From a virus (taxonomy: Duplodnaviria > Heunggongvirae > Uroviricota > Caudoviricetes): a stretch of 64,000 nt of DNA. The translations under genes were made by a program, and so were the position numbers. Within the stretch, counting starts at the first letter, position 1. Each line of letters opens with the position of its first letter. The stretch covers positions 1 through 64,000 of the IMG/VR virus record IMGVR_UViG_3300042876_000208. One strand, 5' to 3'. The notes beneath the pieces were generated by a model, which did no database searches, was not told the DNA's origin, and saw only the letters and a list, made by a program, of their open reading frames with translations. Shown one piece after another: positions 47,161 to 57,408 of the stretch.

Positions 47161-48310
47161 TTACTCCAGCAACAGCTCTTTTAAGTTTATTAACATAGAT
47201 TCTAAATCTATATCCATTGTTCATTGTTAATTCAACTCTACCTTCTTTAGTAACCTTTGAATTAATAACTTTCCCAAATTCCTCAATATCAAACACGATA
47301 CTGGCAAATTTTGGGCTATGTGTAAAGACGGCAGGTAGACCGTAAGCTTTTGCTACATCGACTACCTTTTGTTGCAATCTTTCTATTCTTTTAAGACCGG
47401 GTTCAAAAATAACAGGCAAATCATCTCCTTCGGTTAGTTCATTTTCTAACTCTGAGATTCTAGCCTCTAGATAATTCTTTAAGTCCAATAGATTATTGTG
47501 CGTAGAAAGTATCCTATTTCTAAAAATCATATAATCTTCTCTGGCACTTTTTAATGAATTTCTAAAAGTAAATTCTAATTCATCTTGGGTTCTTTCTACA
47601 AAAAAAGTAGGTCTATTTACTGGATATGGAAAACCACCCCTGTCTGACGACATACTGGTAAAATTTCCATTATTAAGTAATTTCCAAAATGGGGCAACCC
47701 CACCGGATAGACCTAGACGTTCATCAATTGTATATTTCCACAAGTCTGCGGAAACAAACCTCTTTCCTTTTTTCCCTACGGCGTTACTATGTTTAAAAAT
47801 AGAATCTCGCCAAATAGCTGAAGCTTGAATAGGGTCTTTTGTTTTGTTCCAATTATTTAAATTACGAGCTTCGGATACCGCTCTTGCCCACGAATCTAGA
47901 GTTCCTGCGGAAGAATCCAAATCTACGGTAGCTTTAATCGTGGAATTCCAACCCGCTCGATTTACTTTTATTTCGATTGGAGCATTTCTACAAGCTAATA
48001 AAAGTAAATCTCTTAGGGGTTGTCTACTATATTCCTCAGAAGAATCGGCTGCATCTGTTGCATTTGAGACTAGCGAATTAGTTGCATTTTCTTTTATAAT
48101 TATAGAGAGTTGAAATAAAATATTTGCTAAATATTCTGGTTCATAGGTTGCATTTACCAAATATTCCATATTAGATAGTGCTTTAGTTAATTCATCCACA
48201 ATTTCTTGTAAAGTGCTAATCTTAGCAAGAATACTGTTTAAATCATTCTCAGCCTTTTCTGCATCACTCTTTAATTGTTTAAAGATGTTCTCAAATTCAT
48301 CAATAGCCAT
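47156..48310 (-). CDS. hypothetical structural protein
   Basis: 384 aa, N-terminal coiled coil. Confidence 0.4.
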   Translation of the reverse strand: MAIDEFENIFKQLKSDAEKAENDLNSILAKISTLQEIVDELTKALSNMEYLVNATYEPEYLANILFQLSIIIKENATNSLVSNATDAADSSEEYSRQPLRDLLLLACRNAPIEIKVNRAGWNSTIKATVDLDSSAGTLDSWARAVSEARNLNNWNKTKDPIQASAIWRDSIFKHSNAVGKKGKRFVSADLWKYTIDERLGLSGGVAPFWKLLNNGNFTSMSSDRGGFPYPVNRPTFFVERTQDELEFTFRNSLKSAREDYMIFRNRILSTHNNLLDLKNYLEARISELENELTEGDDLPVIFEPGLKRIERLQQKVVDVAKAYGLPAVFTHSPKFASIVFDIEEFGKVINSKVTKEGRVELTMNNGYRFRIYVNKLKRAVAGVK

Positions 48311-48318
48311 TTAAACTC

Positions 48319-48546
48319 CTAGTGTAAAGTGTATTCAATATCTCCAAAAATTAATCTTACAATCGCTCTAGCATAGTTATTTGATTCATCCAAAATAATC
48401 TTACGATATGTATCATATTCCGGGGATTCTTTATCCATAACTTTTTCTAGTTCTTGTAGGAGAATTGCCTGCATCTTTTTGTTCTTTCGACCTATTGCAC
48501 GAACTAGAACAATAGGGTCTAATTCTTGCACAAAAGTGTTGTCCAT
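48319..48546 (-). CDS. hypothetical protein
   Basis: 75-aa ORF. Confidence 0.35.
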   Translation of the reverse strand: MDNTFVQELDPIVLVRAIGRKNKKMQAILLQELEKVMDKESPEYDTYRKIILDESNNYARAIVRLIFGDIEYTLH

Positions 48547-48557
48547 AAAATATCTCC

Positions 48558-49010
48558 TTATTCTTTATCCTTCTCCTGTAACGTAATAATTATTCTATTA
48601 ACATCGGGAGCGCCTCGAAGATTTATTTTGTCAATTTGCATAACCCTACCATCTACAACTACATATTTAGTAGCGTTAACAATGTTGACAACGTCGGGGT
48701 AATAATTTATTCTTACTTGGCAATCACCAGTAAATTGTTGTCCTGCCGAGTACCAAGATAAATTTTCAGAATATCTCCAAGTAACATGACCAGAAATAGT
48801 AGCAGTATCAAGAATATTTAACCAATAGTATCCAGAGCAAACTGGACAAAAGGCATTAGTTGATGTGTTACTAACTGGGTCTAAGCTACAAATTGGACAA
48901 CCGGATGTGGCAACCACGTAATGAAACTCTACGGGTCTACCAATAGTTTCCAAAGTATTATTTAGAAATGAATCTATATTTGATTTATCTGGCCAGGGTA
49001 GTTTAGTCAT
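48558..49010 (-). CDS. Cys-rich hypothetical protein
   Basis: Start trimmed to internal Met (MTKLPW) to avoid 107-nt overlap; CPICS...CPVCSG motifs. Confidence 0.35.
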   Translation of the reverse strand: MTKLPWPDKSNIDSFLNNTLETIGRPVEFHYVVATSGCPICSLDPVSNTSTNAFCPVCSGYYWLNILDTATISGHVTWRYSENLSWYSAGQQFTGDCQVRINYYPDVVNIVNATKYVVVDGRVMQIDKINLRGAPDVNRIIITLQEKDKE

Positions 49011-50166
49011 AGAGTTCCTCAAACAATTTGTACCAAGTCTCTGAAATAGTAGACCACTGGTATTCTGGTGCTGTAAATTTATTAAATGCTTTCTCAGCGA
49101 GGTCATCACACAATTCTCTTTGAGAGTAAGCCATTTGCATTGCTGAGGCTACGTCCTCGGCTCTAACTAGACCACCTACGGTCATGATTCCCTCATGTAA
49201 CCATTTGGTTTTTACTGGGATGAATACGCCGCAACCTTTAAATAGTTCCGTACAAGCTGAGTGATTAGGAATTATTTGTAAAGCCCCGGTACTAGCGTGT
49301 TCAGTTGAAGTTAATCCCCAACCTTCACCTAATCCGGTATTTACGCCTACATTACAGCTATTGTAAATAATATTCAAAGTCTTTTCGGAAACTTGCTGAG
49401 GGCCAACGCTTACATTGCTTAGAATTAGTTTATCATCTATTCCTAATCTTACTGATAGTCTGGCTACGTCAATGTGCATATCGGTTATACCGCAGTGCAT
49501 ATAGATGTTTACATCTGGTTTGCCATCAGCAAATAGTTTGAAACCCTCTAGAGTCAGGTCAATTTTCTTTCTTGGTTGATTTCTATTAGCATTTAGAAAG
49601 ATAAAGTTATCGGTGGCTTTATTACCAAATACTGCTTTTCTAGCCTCTTTTCTATCTATCTTAAAGAAAGTCTTTGTATCAATACCATGAGGAATTACGG
49701 TTAGTTTTTCAGCTAATTCCGGTGCGGCTTTTAGAATTACATTCTTTCCAAATTGAGTGTATGCAACAACTCTTGAAACAATATCAAAATGCTGAAACCA
49801 ATCTGGGTCATGTTCTTCAGCATCTACTGGAATATATGTAACAATTTTGGGTAGAGTATCCTTGGGCCAAATTTGCTTAATAATTGTAAGCATTTGATTA
49901 ATAACCCAAGCATCGTTTAGAATAAAAAGAATGTCTATATCAGAATGTGTAAACTCTTTTATTCTACCTATACCATATAAATCCCCGCCTAGGGATGCAG
50001 GATAAACAGGGAATCTATAAGAATTGGGGTCACCTCTGTAGTTAATCCCCAATCCCGCAATATCTAGTTTATCTGTTAAGTTTTCAAAGATAGAACGATT
50101 TACTCGTTCAAATCCCGTCTTTGTTACCAAATCTCCCCAAACCATTACTTTCAATTTCTTATCCAT
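49003..50166 (-). CDS. GT-B glycosyltransferase (GT4/GT1-like)
   Basis: 387 aa; GLGEGWGLTSTEHASTGALQI matches the EX7E sugar-donor motif region of GT4 enzymes. Confidence 0.55.
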   Translation of the reverse strand: MDKKLKVMVWGDLVTKTGFERVNRSIFENLTDKLDIAGLGINYRGDPNSYRFPVYPASLGGDLYGIGRIKEFTHSDIDILFILNDAWVINQMLTIIKQIWPKDTLPKIVTYIPVDAEEHDPDWFQHFDIVSRVVAYTQFGKNVILKAAPELAEKLTVIPHGIDTKTFFKIDRKEARKAVFGNKATDNFIFLNANRNQPRKKIDLTLEGFKLFADGKPDVNIYMHCGITDMHIDVARLSVRLGIDDKLILSNVSVGPQQVSEKTLNIIYNSCNVGVNTGLGEGWGLTSTEHASTGALQIIPNHSACTELFKGCGVFIPVKTKWLHEGIMTVGGLVRAEDVASAMQMAYSQRELCDDLAEKAFNKFTAPEYQWSTISETWYKLFEELYD

Positions 50167-50192
50167 TTATTATCTCCTTATCCTTTAAAAAA

Positions 50193-50663
50193 TTATGATG
50201 GGTCAGACCAATTGATTCTTAGTGGGATTGCACCGCGTTTGATTGGGGGCTTTAGATAATCGTAAAGTTCATTCCAATCTCTTTGCAACCCGGCATCTTT
50301 TGTTCTAGATTGCTCCAGGTTAGAATAAGAAAGTTCTGAATCTCTCCAGTTTCCCAAACTCCAACTTAGATTTTCTAACTGCCCTGACTTAATAATTATT
50401 GCGGCCATTAGGATTATAATCCATTGGTCTTTTACTTGAATAGTTGGGGGTGCAACTGTTTCCCAACTAGTATATACAGTACTTCTAGTTACATTTCCAA
50501 AATCATCGGAAGTATACTTATTTGACCACCATCTACTTAAGGCGGTTACAGCAGCTACCAATGAGGATAGTAACCATTCATCTAAATATCTATAACTTGC
50601 TGAATTAATATCACCAAGTTTAAGTCTCAAGGTAGGTATTAATTCTTCTAAAGTAGTTGGCAT
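50193..50663 (-). CDS. hypothetical head/connector-region protein
   Basis: 156 aa. Confidence 0.35.
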   Translation of the reverse strand: MPTTLEELIPTLRLKLGDINSASYRYLDEWLLSSLVAAVTALSRWWSNKYTSDDFGNVTRSTVYTSWETVAPPTIQVKDQWIIILMAAIIIKSGQLENLSWSLGNWRDSELSYSNLEQSRTKDAGLQRDWNELYDYLKPPIKRGAIPLRINWSDPS

Positions 50664-50675
50664 TAAATATCTCCG

Positions 50676-51155
50676 TTAGTCTTGCTTTTGTAGCTCAGAA
50701 ATTCTAGCCTCAATTGCCGCAAGGATTTTCTCTGATTTCTCATTTGCTTCTGCAATAGAAAGCATCTTGTAAAGAGTTTGAATATTTGTAACTTTGTTAA
50801 GCTTAGCTTGTAGCCCTAGGAATCTTTGTCCAAGAACCTCAAGTAGTTCCGTGTCGTTATAGTCATCAATGGTTCTTTCGGGTGCGGCGGTTGGTTTCTT
50901 ATATTCAATTAGAACACCATTGTCAAACAAACTTGCGTTCATATTATGAACAAACACATCTTGCTTGGTAGACCAAATATCCAAGATAGTCTTTCTTTCA
51001 TACTTTCTTGGGTCACCCTCTAGAAGTACACCCATTGGTTGGTCTGTGAAAGGGTCTAGTACCGTAAGATGTACCTTACCTAAAATAGTCTTGATATAAG
51101 ACTTAATAGGCTTACCTTCTTGCATTGCTGAATATAACTCTGTATTATTAATCAT
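50676..51155 (-). CDS. hypothetical protein
   Basis: 159 aa; AAGGAG RBS. Confidence 0.35.
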   Translation of the reverse strand: MINNTELYSAMQEGKPIKSYIKTILGKVHLTVLDPFTDQPMGVLLEGDPRKYERKTILDIWSTKQDVFVHNMNASLFDNGVLIEYKKPTAAPERTIDDYNDTELLEVLGQRFLGLQAKLNKVTNIQTLYKMLSIAEANEKSEKILAAIEARISELQKQD

Positions 51156-51233
51156 TTTTAAATCTCCTTATTCCTTTTAATTTTTATAGGGGAGGTTTTA
51201 ATCCTCCCCTTATTACCTAGTAAACTGATTGTT

Positions 51234-52445
51234 TTATACGATTGCCGATTGTAAAACGGGGCGGCTCAGATCGTGGACTTTTATTGCTCCGGCATTGGCA
51301 TAGTGCAGTAAGTCAGCTTGATAGTAGGTTGTGTTGTTGAATGCCCCAGGCGCTCCAATATCGGGGGCGTTACAAATCTCGACCAATCCGTCTAGAAACG
51401 AATGGTCATTACGCATCAACGTATTAAAATCTTGCCGCTTTTGTTCATACCCCTGGCTTATTGCTGCGCCGTCGCCTGCTGGTTGCAAAGTATAGCCAAT
51501 GACCTTATTGGCTCCTGCCGTGCGTCGTGCGGCTATGTAAGTTTGCAGACTGGCGTAATGTTCTGCGGCTGTGATTGGACGGCGCAGGTCATTCGTGCCG
51601 TAGTAAACAAATAGGATATTGTTATAGCCGCTTGTAAACAGGGGGTCGACGCGAGTCGCTACATCTGCGTTGGCTTCGGCCAGTCCGTATCCACTTACCC
51701 CCTTATTGGCCCACATACACTGTCTAAAATCAGCGTGAAGTAAATAAGGCCACGTATTGAGAAAAGTCAGACCGGAGCCGATAGTTAGACTATCCCCGTC
51801 AAAAATGATCAGATTGGTACTAGGGTTGTAGAATTTGAAATCGTTAAACATGTATGCAGAAATTCCCCACAACCCCGCTAGGGTTTCATTTTGATTGGCG
51901 GTGACACCGGTGGCTTTTATCATTGCCCCGTTGACATTTGCCATTATGGTCGTGCCTTTAGCCAATACCGAGCAATAATAGCTCGCCCCGGCTGTAAGCG
52001 TCATTGGTAAATTTGCCTTACTTGTAAATGTCCCGTTCACATTCTGGAATATATGTGCAGCGGGAGTCCCTGTGTCATACAAATATAAACCATTCCAGTT
52101 GGTACTGTTTTTCCCCCTTACCACCAACCCGCCGCTTTGTGCCGCCCCGGCAGGCTTGATAAGCTTCCCTTCGATAAGCATATCTTTTTGTCCGGCTGGG
52201 ATTGTGGCAATGTTATGATCTGTGGCCCCGGCCCACTTTGCGGAATTGGATAATATTATCCAGTCCGCTGCGCCAGTCCAGGCAGCATTGATAGTATTTG
52301 TCGGGGCTGGCGTGTGCGAGCTTAGCAGGGCATTGTCTGTCCCCGTAAAAGCATCGTGGAACAGCGGGGAAACGGGCGTAAAAACATTTTCTGCTGCTCC
52401 CCCGCCCAACATCCCCAACGTTCTATGTCTAAGAGTTCTTAGCAT
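51234..52445 (-). CDS. SGNH/GDSL hydrolase with N-terminal beta-rich domain
   Basis: IIFDGDSLTIGSG (block I GDS), YYGTNDL (block III), DLLHYANAG (block V DxxH); GC-rich gene. Confidence 0.55.
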   Translation of the reverse strand: MLRTLRHRTLGMLGGGAAENVFTPVSPLFHDAFTGTDNALLSSHTPAPTNTINAAWTGAADWIILSNSAKWAGATDHNIATIPAGQKDMLIEGKLIKPAGAAQSGGLVVRGKNSTNWNGLYLYDTGTPAAHIFQNVNGTFTSKANLPMTLTAGASYYCSVLAKGTTIMANVNGAMIKATGVTANQNETLAGLWGISAYMFNDFKFYNPSTNLIIFDGDSLTIGSGLTFLNTWPYLLHADFRQCMWANKGVSGYGLAEANADVATRVDPLFTSGYNNILFVYYGTNDLRRPITAAEHYASLQTYIAARRTAGANKVIGYTLQPAGDGAAISQGYEQKRQDFNTLMRNDHSFLDGLVEICNAPDIGAPGAFNNTTYYQADLLHYANAGAIKVHDLSRPVLQSAIV

Positions 52446-52447
52446 AA

Positions 52448-52858
52448 TTACTCCTCAATGCCGTATAAAGTTCCTGTGATTGTTGCTGCGGCAGAAGAAG
52501 TTGCTTTCAAAACACTATTGATTGCTCCAAGTAAAACACCATTGCCCAAATCGAAGGAATAAGGACTATCAACAGCTAGTTTAGGAGTTTGATAAACATC
52601 TGTACCTGCCGAATTATCTTCAAATAAAACTGAAACAGCGGCAGATACGGAAATAGAACCACCCATTAAACGAACTTTTTTACCGCTTGCGGGTGTCCAA
52701 ACAGTTGCAATAGATGTAATCGTAACAGCTTTTAAAGTCTTAAACGTAGATGGTACTTTTAGACTTATGTCTGTATAAGGACTATAAGAGCCGTCCCCGT
52801 TATCTTTATATTTTATTTTTACACTTTCATCCCCATCGGGAAAAATTACATCGGCCAT
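52448..52858 (-). CDS. hypothetical protein (possible decoration/Ig-like)
   Basis: 136 aa, Ser/Thr/Ala-rich beta composition. Confidence 0.35.
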   Translation of the reverse strand: MADVIFPDGDESVKIKYKDNGDGSYSPYTDISLKVPSTFKTLKAVTITSIATVWTPASGKKVRLMGGSISVSAAVSVLFEDNSAGTDVYQTPKLAVDSPYSFDLGNGVLLGAINSVLKATSSAAATITGTLYGIEE

Positions 52859-53023
52859 AATATCACCTTTAAACTATCATAGATAGAACTACAAAAAATA
52901 AATCACCCGCTAACATATCTAAATTCGCCACGTTTACATTTATGAATTTAAGGAAAAAACATACGGCGGCTGCGATGAGACAAAGTAATTTTAACATAAG
53001 CTTAGTCTCCTATAGTAGTAAAA

Positions 53024-53050
53024 AGAGGGGATAAGGTTATTATCCCCTCT
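53024..53050 (-). terminator. strong rho-independent terminator after major capsid gene
   Basis: agaggggataa-ggtta-ttatcccctct (11-bp stem), A4 on plus gives U-tract on minus transcript. Confidence 0.65.
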
Positions 53051-53064
53051 TTCATTAGTTGCTA

Positions 53065-53985
53065 TTAAGCAATCTTAATTACGTACACTCCATCGGCGTT
53101 ATCAATCACCATACCAAATTCTTGGTAGAGTTCTAGATACCACTGTGGAGGTGTTGGCTCCATATCTGTCCATTCCTTGCTCTTTACTTCACCATAAGTG
53201 ATAAAATCACCTACTTTATTACCGATAACAAGAATCTTGTCAGCGGGTAGTAGTGGAGTATAGTCATCTGGGTTGTTGTAAACCTGTTCTAGAGCAATAA
53301 TGGGCGCACCATAATATCTACCTAGCCAGCCAGTTGACATGATTTCACGAATGTTTTCTGGAACTACTTGGCTAACACCAGTACCATCGGTATAACCTGC
53401 ACCGAATGTAGTAATGGGTGTTAGAGCAGAACGTAGACCTACAACGGCCTTTACACCACCAGTTGTCTGGTTAATTCTATCAATGGCGTTCTTTAGCATT
53501 GTTGCTGTAAGAGTTGCACCAGTTGTATAGTTTAGAGGTGTATTTGTTGGAGTCCAGATTGTTGAAAGAGCAGTAAAGACCTTTCCTAGATAGTAGTCAC
53601 GTAGCTTAGCCATCATTTCAGTTCTAATTTCACCAACTGTTCCAATGTCACCATTATCTAGTTCCCATTGGTTAGCGGTTACTTTAATATCTGCACCGTC
53701 AAGAATGTAGTTCAATCTCTCAGATGTAGTGATTTCGTGTGCTAGGTGAATTGAACCAGGAACTAGAGTGTGTACCTTTAGCCCCTTGCGGATTTTCTTT
53801 ACAAGAGAGTCACCCTTGTTAAGAGCCTTTGAGTTCAATAATAGACTGATATAGTCTGTAGTAATGTGTTGTGGTTGAATCCATTCAACCATTAGCTGTG
53901 CAAGAGCTGCCTTGTCACCGTTTTTAACTAGCTCAGCAATAGCTTCCTTTAGTTTGATTTCGTCCATGTTATTAAAATCCTCCAA
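53065..53985 (-). CDS. major capsid protein (positional/compositional)
   Basis: 306 aa, between scaffold/protease and strong terminator. Confidence 0.5.
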   Translation of the reverse strand: MEDFNNMDEIKLKEAIAELVKNGDKAALAQLMVEWIQPQHITTDYISLLLNSKALNKGDSLVKKIRKGLKVHTLVPGSIHLAHEITTSERLNYILDGADIKVTANQWELDNGDIGTVGEIRTEMMAKLRDYYLGKVFTALSTIWTPTNTPLNYTTGATLTATMLKNAIDRINQTTGGVKAVVGLRSALTPITTFGAGYTDGTGVSQVVPENIREIMSTGWLGRYYGAPIIALEQVYNNPDDYTPLLPADKILVIGNKVGDFITYGEVKSKEWTDMEPTPPQWYLELYQEFGMVIDNADGVYVIKIA

Positions 53986-53992
53986 GTATCTT

Positions 53993-54562
53993 TTAGTAGA
54001 TACGAACAGTTAGTTTACCAGAATCAGCATCAAAGTCTTCAGTTACACCGATAACTTGAATGTCATAGGTATTGCTTTGAACTAACTTACCTTCGTTTCC
54101 ACCACTATAACCAACTGTTAGATAAGCACCTGTTAATTTAATCGCAGAACTATCTACGTATCCACCAGATGGAATAGTGAAAGTACCGTGAGTATAGCCT
54201 AGGCTTGGTCTACCAGAAGGAATTGTCTGGCTTTCTGGGCCGCTAGAGTGATGTGTCATATAGATGGTGGCGGATAAAGGCATATTTGCGCCCTTTGACC
54301 AACCACCGCGAGTAGCAAAGCTACCATCGAGTGTAGGTAGGGTTTCGTAGAATGGTGTTGGTTGGTTATCAACTGCCCATGTGATGCAATACTTAGCTGA
54401 GGCAGCTTCTGCGGCTGTAGTAGGAACTTTTACGCCTACAACATCCTCTTTGCTACCAAAGTCTGTTGAAAAAGTATGAGGAACGATGCAAACAAATCTA
54501 CCCTCAACTACATCAGCAGTAGGAATCACACCAATAACGTCTTCGAATTTATTGATTTCCAT
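53993..54562 (-). CDS. head protein (decoration or minor capsid)
   Basis: 189 aa, Gly/Thr-rich, between scaffold and capsid genes. Confidence 0.35.
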   Translation of the reverse strand: MEINKFEDVIGVIPTADVVEGRFVCIVPHTFSTDFGSKEDVVGVKVPTTAAEAASAKYCITWAVDNQPTPFYETLPTLDGSFATRGGWSKGANMPLSATIYMTHHSSGPESQTIPSGRPSLGYTHGTFTIPSGGYVDSSAIKLTGAYLTVGYSGGNEGKLVQSNTYDIQVIGVTEDFDADSGKLTVRIY

Positions 54563-54579
54563 TAGAATAATCTCCTTGG

Positions 54580-55827
54580 TTATTTAGCCTTTAATGAGTT
54601 TAAGGCTTTAACTATTTCTTTAATATCAGATTCTGCAGCGCGTCCTTTACCACTTAGGTTGGGGATTCTTTCGCTTGCTGATGCTGATTGGTTGTTGTTA
54701 TTTGCGCTAGAAAAAGCTACAAGTTCTTGTAGCATAAATTCAAGAGCCTTCTCGTCTAGTGAAAGTAGAAATTCTCTTTTTTCGTTAAAGAATTCTTCAT
54801 CTTTCTTAAGTCCAGCTTCTTCAAACTTTGTCTTGATTGATGCAAATTTTTCATTTGCAGCTTTCTCATTCTCAATGCTGGATTTGAATTCTCTTAATGA
54901 AACAAGTTCTTGTTCCTTCTCTGTTAGAGCATTTGCTTTCTCTTCAATCAAAGCTTTATTAGTAGCTAATTCAGCTTTAATGTTTTCTAGCTCTTGCTTT
55001 AGAGTCTCAAGTTCGTCCAATTTAGTATCCTCCGTAATATCTTGAACTACAGATTCTTCACTGTTTGCTAGTAATTCATTGGCTTTTGCGGTTAGCTCAC
55101 CTTTTGTTTCATCCGGCAAATCAGAGTTTTCTATATCCTCTAAACATGAGGATAGTAGTTCTGTATCAATGTTCCCATCTCTATCCTTGAAGGGAAATAA
55201 TTTTAACCCATCATCATTAGCAAACAAAAATGCAGAAGTAGGAAGGTCGTCTACACCATCTACTTTCTTTGCTGCTACTGCGAGTATAGGGGTTCTATCA
55301 CCATATGCAGGTCTACCAACGATAGTCGAGGCTTTTAGAACTACACCTCTTAGAATTTCAACTCCGTCTTTAAACTCAGAATCTCTATAAAGAACTTCCC
55401 AAGAAAGTCTTAGTTTCTTAGATTCCTTATAAGTATTCTTAATAAATTTAATATCGTTGATTCTCTCTTTAGACCAAAGAGCCGCTAGTCCAACAATATA
55501 ATTAACACCGTCTTTTACTTCCTCTTTCAAATTTGTGATAACACCAAGAGGTTCAGAGTTCTTATGAGTTTCCTCAACCGCACCCTTAGCCATTTTAATT
55601 GGCATATAAATTCCGGTCTTAATTAAATTCGCAAACTCCTCTTGTGGAATTTGCTGACTATTCCCATTGGGTTGGTCATCTGTCAAGACAAACTTTGCCC
55701 AAGTGATTGCTGGATTAATATTTATAGCAGAAGTGGCTTCTTTGAATTCCTCTTTGGCCTCATTCTCTGTTAGTAATTCTAACACAAAATCGGATTCTTT
55801 GCTAATAATTGAGTCATTTTCGTTCAT
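54580..55827 (-). CDS. prohead protease/scaffolding protein
   Basis: 415 aa, globular N-half plus long acidic coiled-coil C-half (ELETLKQELENIKAELATNKALIEEKANALTEKEQEL), directly after portal. Confidence 0.45.
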   Translation of the reverse strand: MNENDSIISKESDFVLELLTENEAKEEFKEATSAININPAITWAKFVLTDDQPNGNSQQIPQEEFANLIKTGIYMPIKMAKGAVEETHKNSEPLGVITNLKEEVKDGVNYIVGLAALWSKERINDIKFIKNTYKESKKLRLSWEVLYRDSEFKDGVEILRGVVLKASTIVGRPAYGDRTPILAVAAKKVDGVDDLPTSAFLFANDDGLKLFPFKDRDGNIDTELLSSCLEDIENSDLPDETKGELTAKANELLANSEESVVQDITEDTKLDELETLKQELENIKAELATNKALIEEKANALTEKEQELVSLREFKSSIENEKAANEKFASIKTKFEEAGLKKDEEFFNEKREFLLSLDEKALEFMLQELVAFSSANNNNQSASASERIPNLSGKGRAAESDIKEIVKALNSLKAK

Positions 55828-57404
55828 TATTTTGCTCCTGGCTTAGTTTGTGTACTTGGCTTAGCCGCTGGTTTTGGTTGTGGTTGACCAGGTTTTGGTG
55901 TCTGGCCGGGTGTAGTTTGAACTTGGTTTCCAGCATTTGGTGTTAGACCAACTTGAGGAATACCAGATTGAGTAATCTCTTCTTGTTCTTGGGTTCTCAA
56001 ATCAATCTGTTCTTTGAAATCATAACCAAGAATTTCATCGAAGGCATCTCTACTCAAACCACCAGTTTCATATAACTTAGATAGAGCGGCAATCAAATCA
56101 GCAAACTTATGTAGATTTAAAGCCTTGAAGTCTAGAGTTGGGGGTGTCTTAAACTTATTAGCCAAAGCAACTTCCTCACAGACTCTACGCAATACTTCAA
56201 TAATCTTACGTCTAAAATTTTCCATTGTCTTTATAGGGCCAATCATAGCCATCTCGGGGTCACCCGCAGCTGTTCTAGATGCTTCACCTACAATCAATGT
56301 TTGAGGGAATCCTAAAGCATACAGGATTTCCATATTAATATCTCTATACTTTGCATCATTAACTAGTTCAGTAGTATCAGGGAAAATCCACTTAATATCC
56401 ACTGTATGACTAGTCAATAGTTGGAATATTCTTTCCAAATCCTTTTTAGAATTGAAACGCCAAGTTAATTGGTTTCTCAATGAGTCCACAAACTCTTGGT
56501 CTTCTTCACTATCGGTAATTGGAAATTCATCACTACCCATCTTAACGTGTAAGATAGCACCAATTACTTTGTCAGCAATGGAATAGTCCATCTGGCGAAG
56601 TTTTCTCTTGTGTTTTAGAACATCAAGAGCTGGTGCAATAAAAGGTGTTGGATATGGATTATCAGACATATATCTACGTCTAATAACATTTTTATTATAA
56701 ATGGGGATTTCAGTAACACCCGCTAGAACATCTTTTACAAACTCGGGAAACTTTGCTTTCATTTGTTTGAAAAGTTCTTTGTTCTCTTCACCGTTAGGGT
56801 ATGTACCATTATTCTTAATGAAATAGGCTACATCGTCGGGAACTTGAACAAAGTAATCGGGTTGGTCGGACATTAGAGAAGTATAGATTACTATACTCTT
56901 TGGGTCACGCACGAACATTGAAATGGGAAGTTCTAGTGTTGAATATTTCTTAACCCCTAAGCTAAGGATTTCTTCTTTGGTAGCCTTTCCTAGAGCAAAC
57001 TCAGGAACTACTAAACCAGAAAGTAGAAACTCTTGTGCCATAGATTCAGCAAATTCAAGTAGCTTTGGCTTAAGTGATGTGAATACTGTGAACTCATTAT
57101 CAGATAAACCGTTCTTAGAAAAGACTAAATCATTAATCCCGATTTCAACCATTCTATTTACAATTGAGGCTACGAGTGGTTCGTTCTTATAAAAGAATCT
57201 ACACTCATTTACTAGGCTTACAAAGTAGTCTAGATTAGTCTTTGATGACACATCATCCATCTTAACAGTCCAAGGATTGGCGTTGTTAATTTGATTTCCT
57301 GATGTAGCCGCCTCTGCTATATTAAGTCTGGATACTGTTTTATTAGTAGACTCAATAGGCTCTTCACTTTCTTCTTCAAAATTTAACTTATCAATTTCTT
57401 CCAT
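55827..57404 (-). CDS. portal protein
   Basis: 525 aa, immediately downstream of terminase large subunit; Pro/Gln-rich flexible C-terminus. Confidence 0.6.
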   Translation of the reverse strand: MEEIDKLNFEEESEEPIESTNKTVSRLNIAEAATSGNQINNANPWTVKMDDVSSKTNLDYFVSLVNECRFFYKNEPLVASIVNRMVEIGINDLVFSKNGLSDNEFTVFTSLKPKLLEFAESMAQEFLLSGLVVPEFALGKATKEEILSLGVKKYSTLELPISMFVRDPKSIVIYTSLMSDQPDYFVQVPDDVAYFIKNNGTYPNGEENKELFKQMKAKFPEFVKDVLAGVTEIPIYNKNVIRRRYMSDNPYPTPFIAPALDVLKHKRKLRQMDYSIADKVIGAILHVKMGSDEFPITDSEEDQEFVDSLRNQLTWRFNSKKDLERIFQLLTSHTVDIKWIFPDTTELVNDAKYRDINMEILYALGFPQTLIVGEASRTAAGDPEMAMIGPIKTMENFRRKIIEVLRRVCEEVALANKFKTPPTLDFKALNLHKFADLIAALSKLYETGGLSRDAFDEILGYDFKEQIDLRTQEQEEITQSGIPQVGLTPNAGNQVQTTPGQTPKPGQPQPKPAAKPSTQTKPGAK

Positions 57405-57408
57405 ATTT

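Noticed and set aside
51185-51210. Hairpin aggggagg...cctcccct as a rho-independent terminator
   Set aside because: There is no U-tract on either strand after the stem. It is more likely an RNA-stability or processing hairpin, so I describe it within a finding rather than annotating a terminator.
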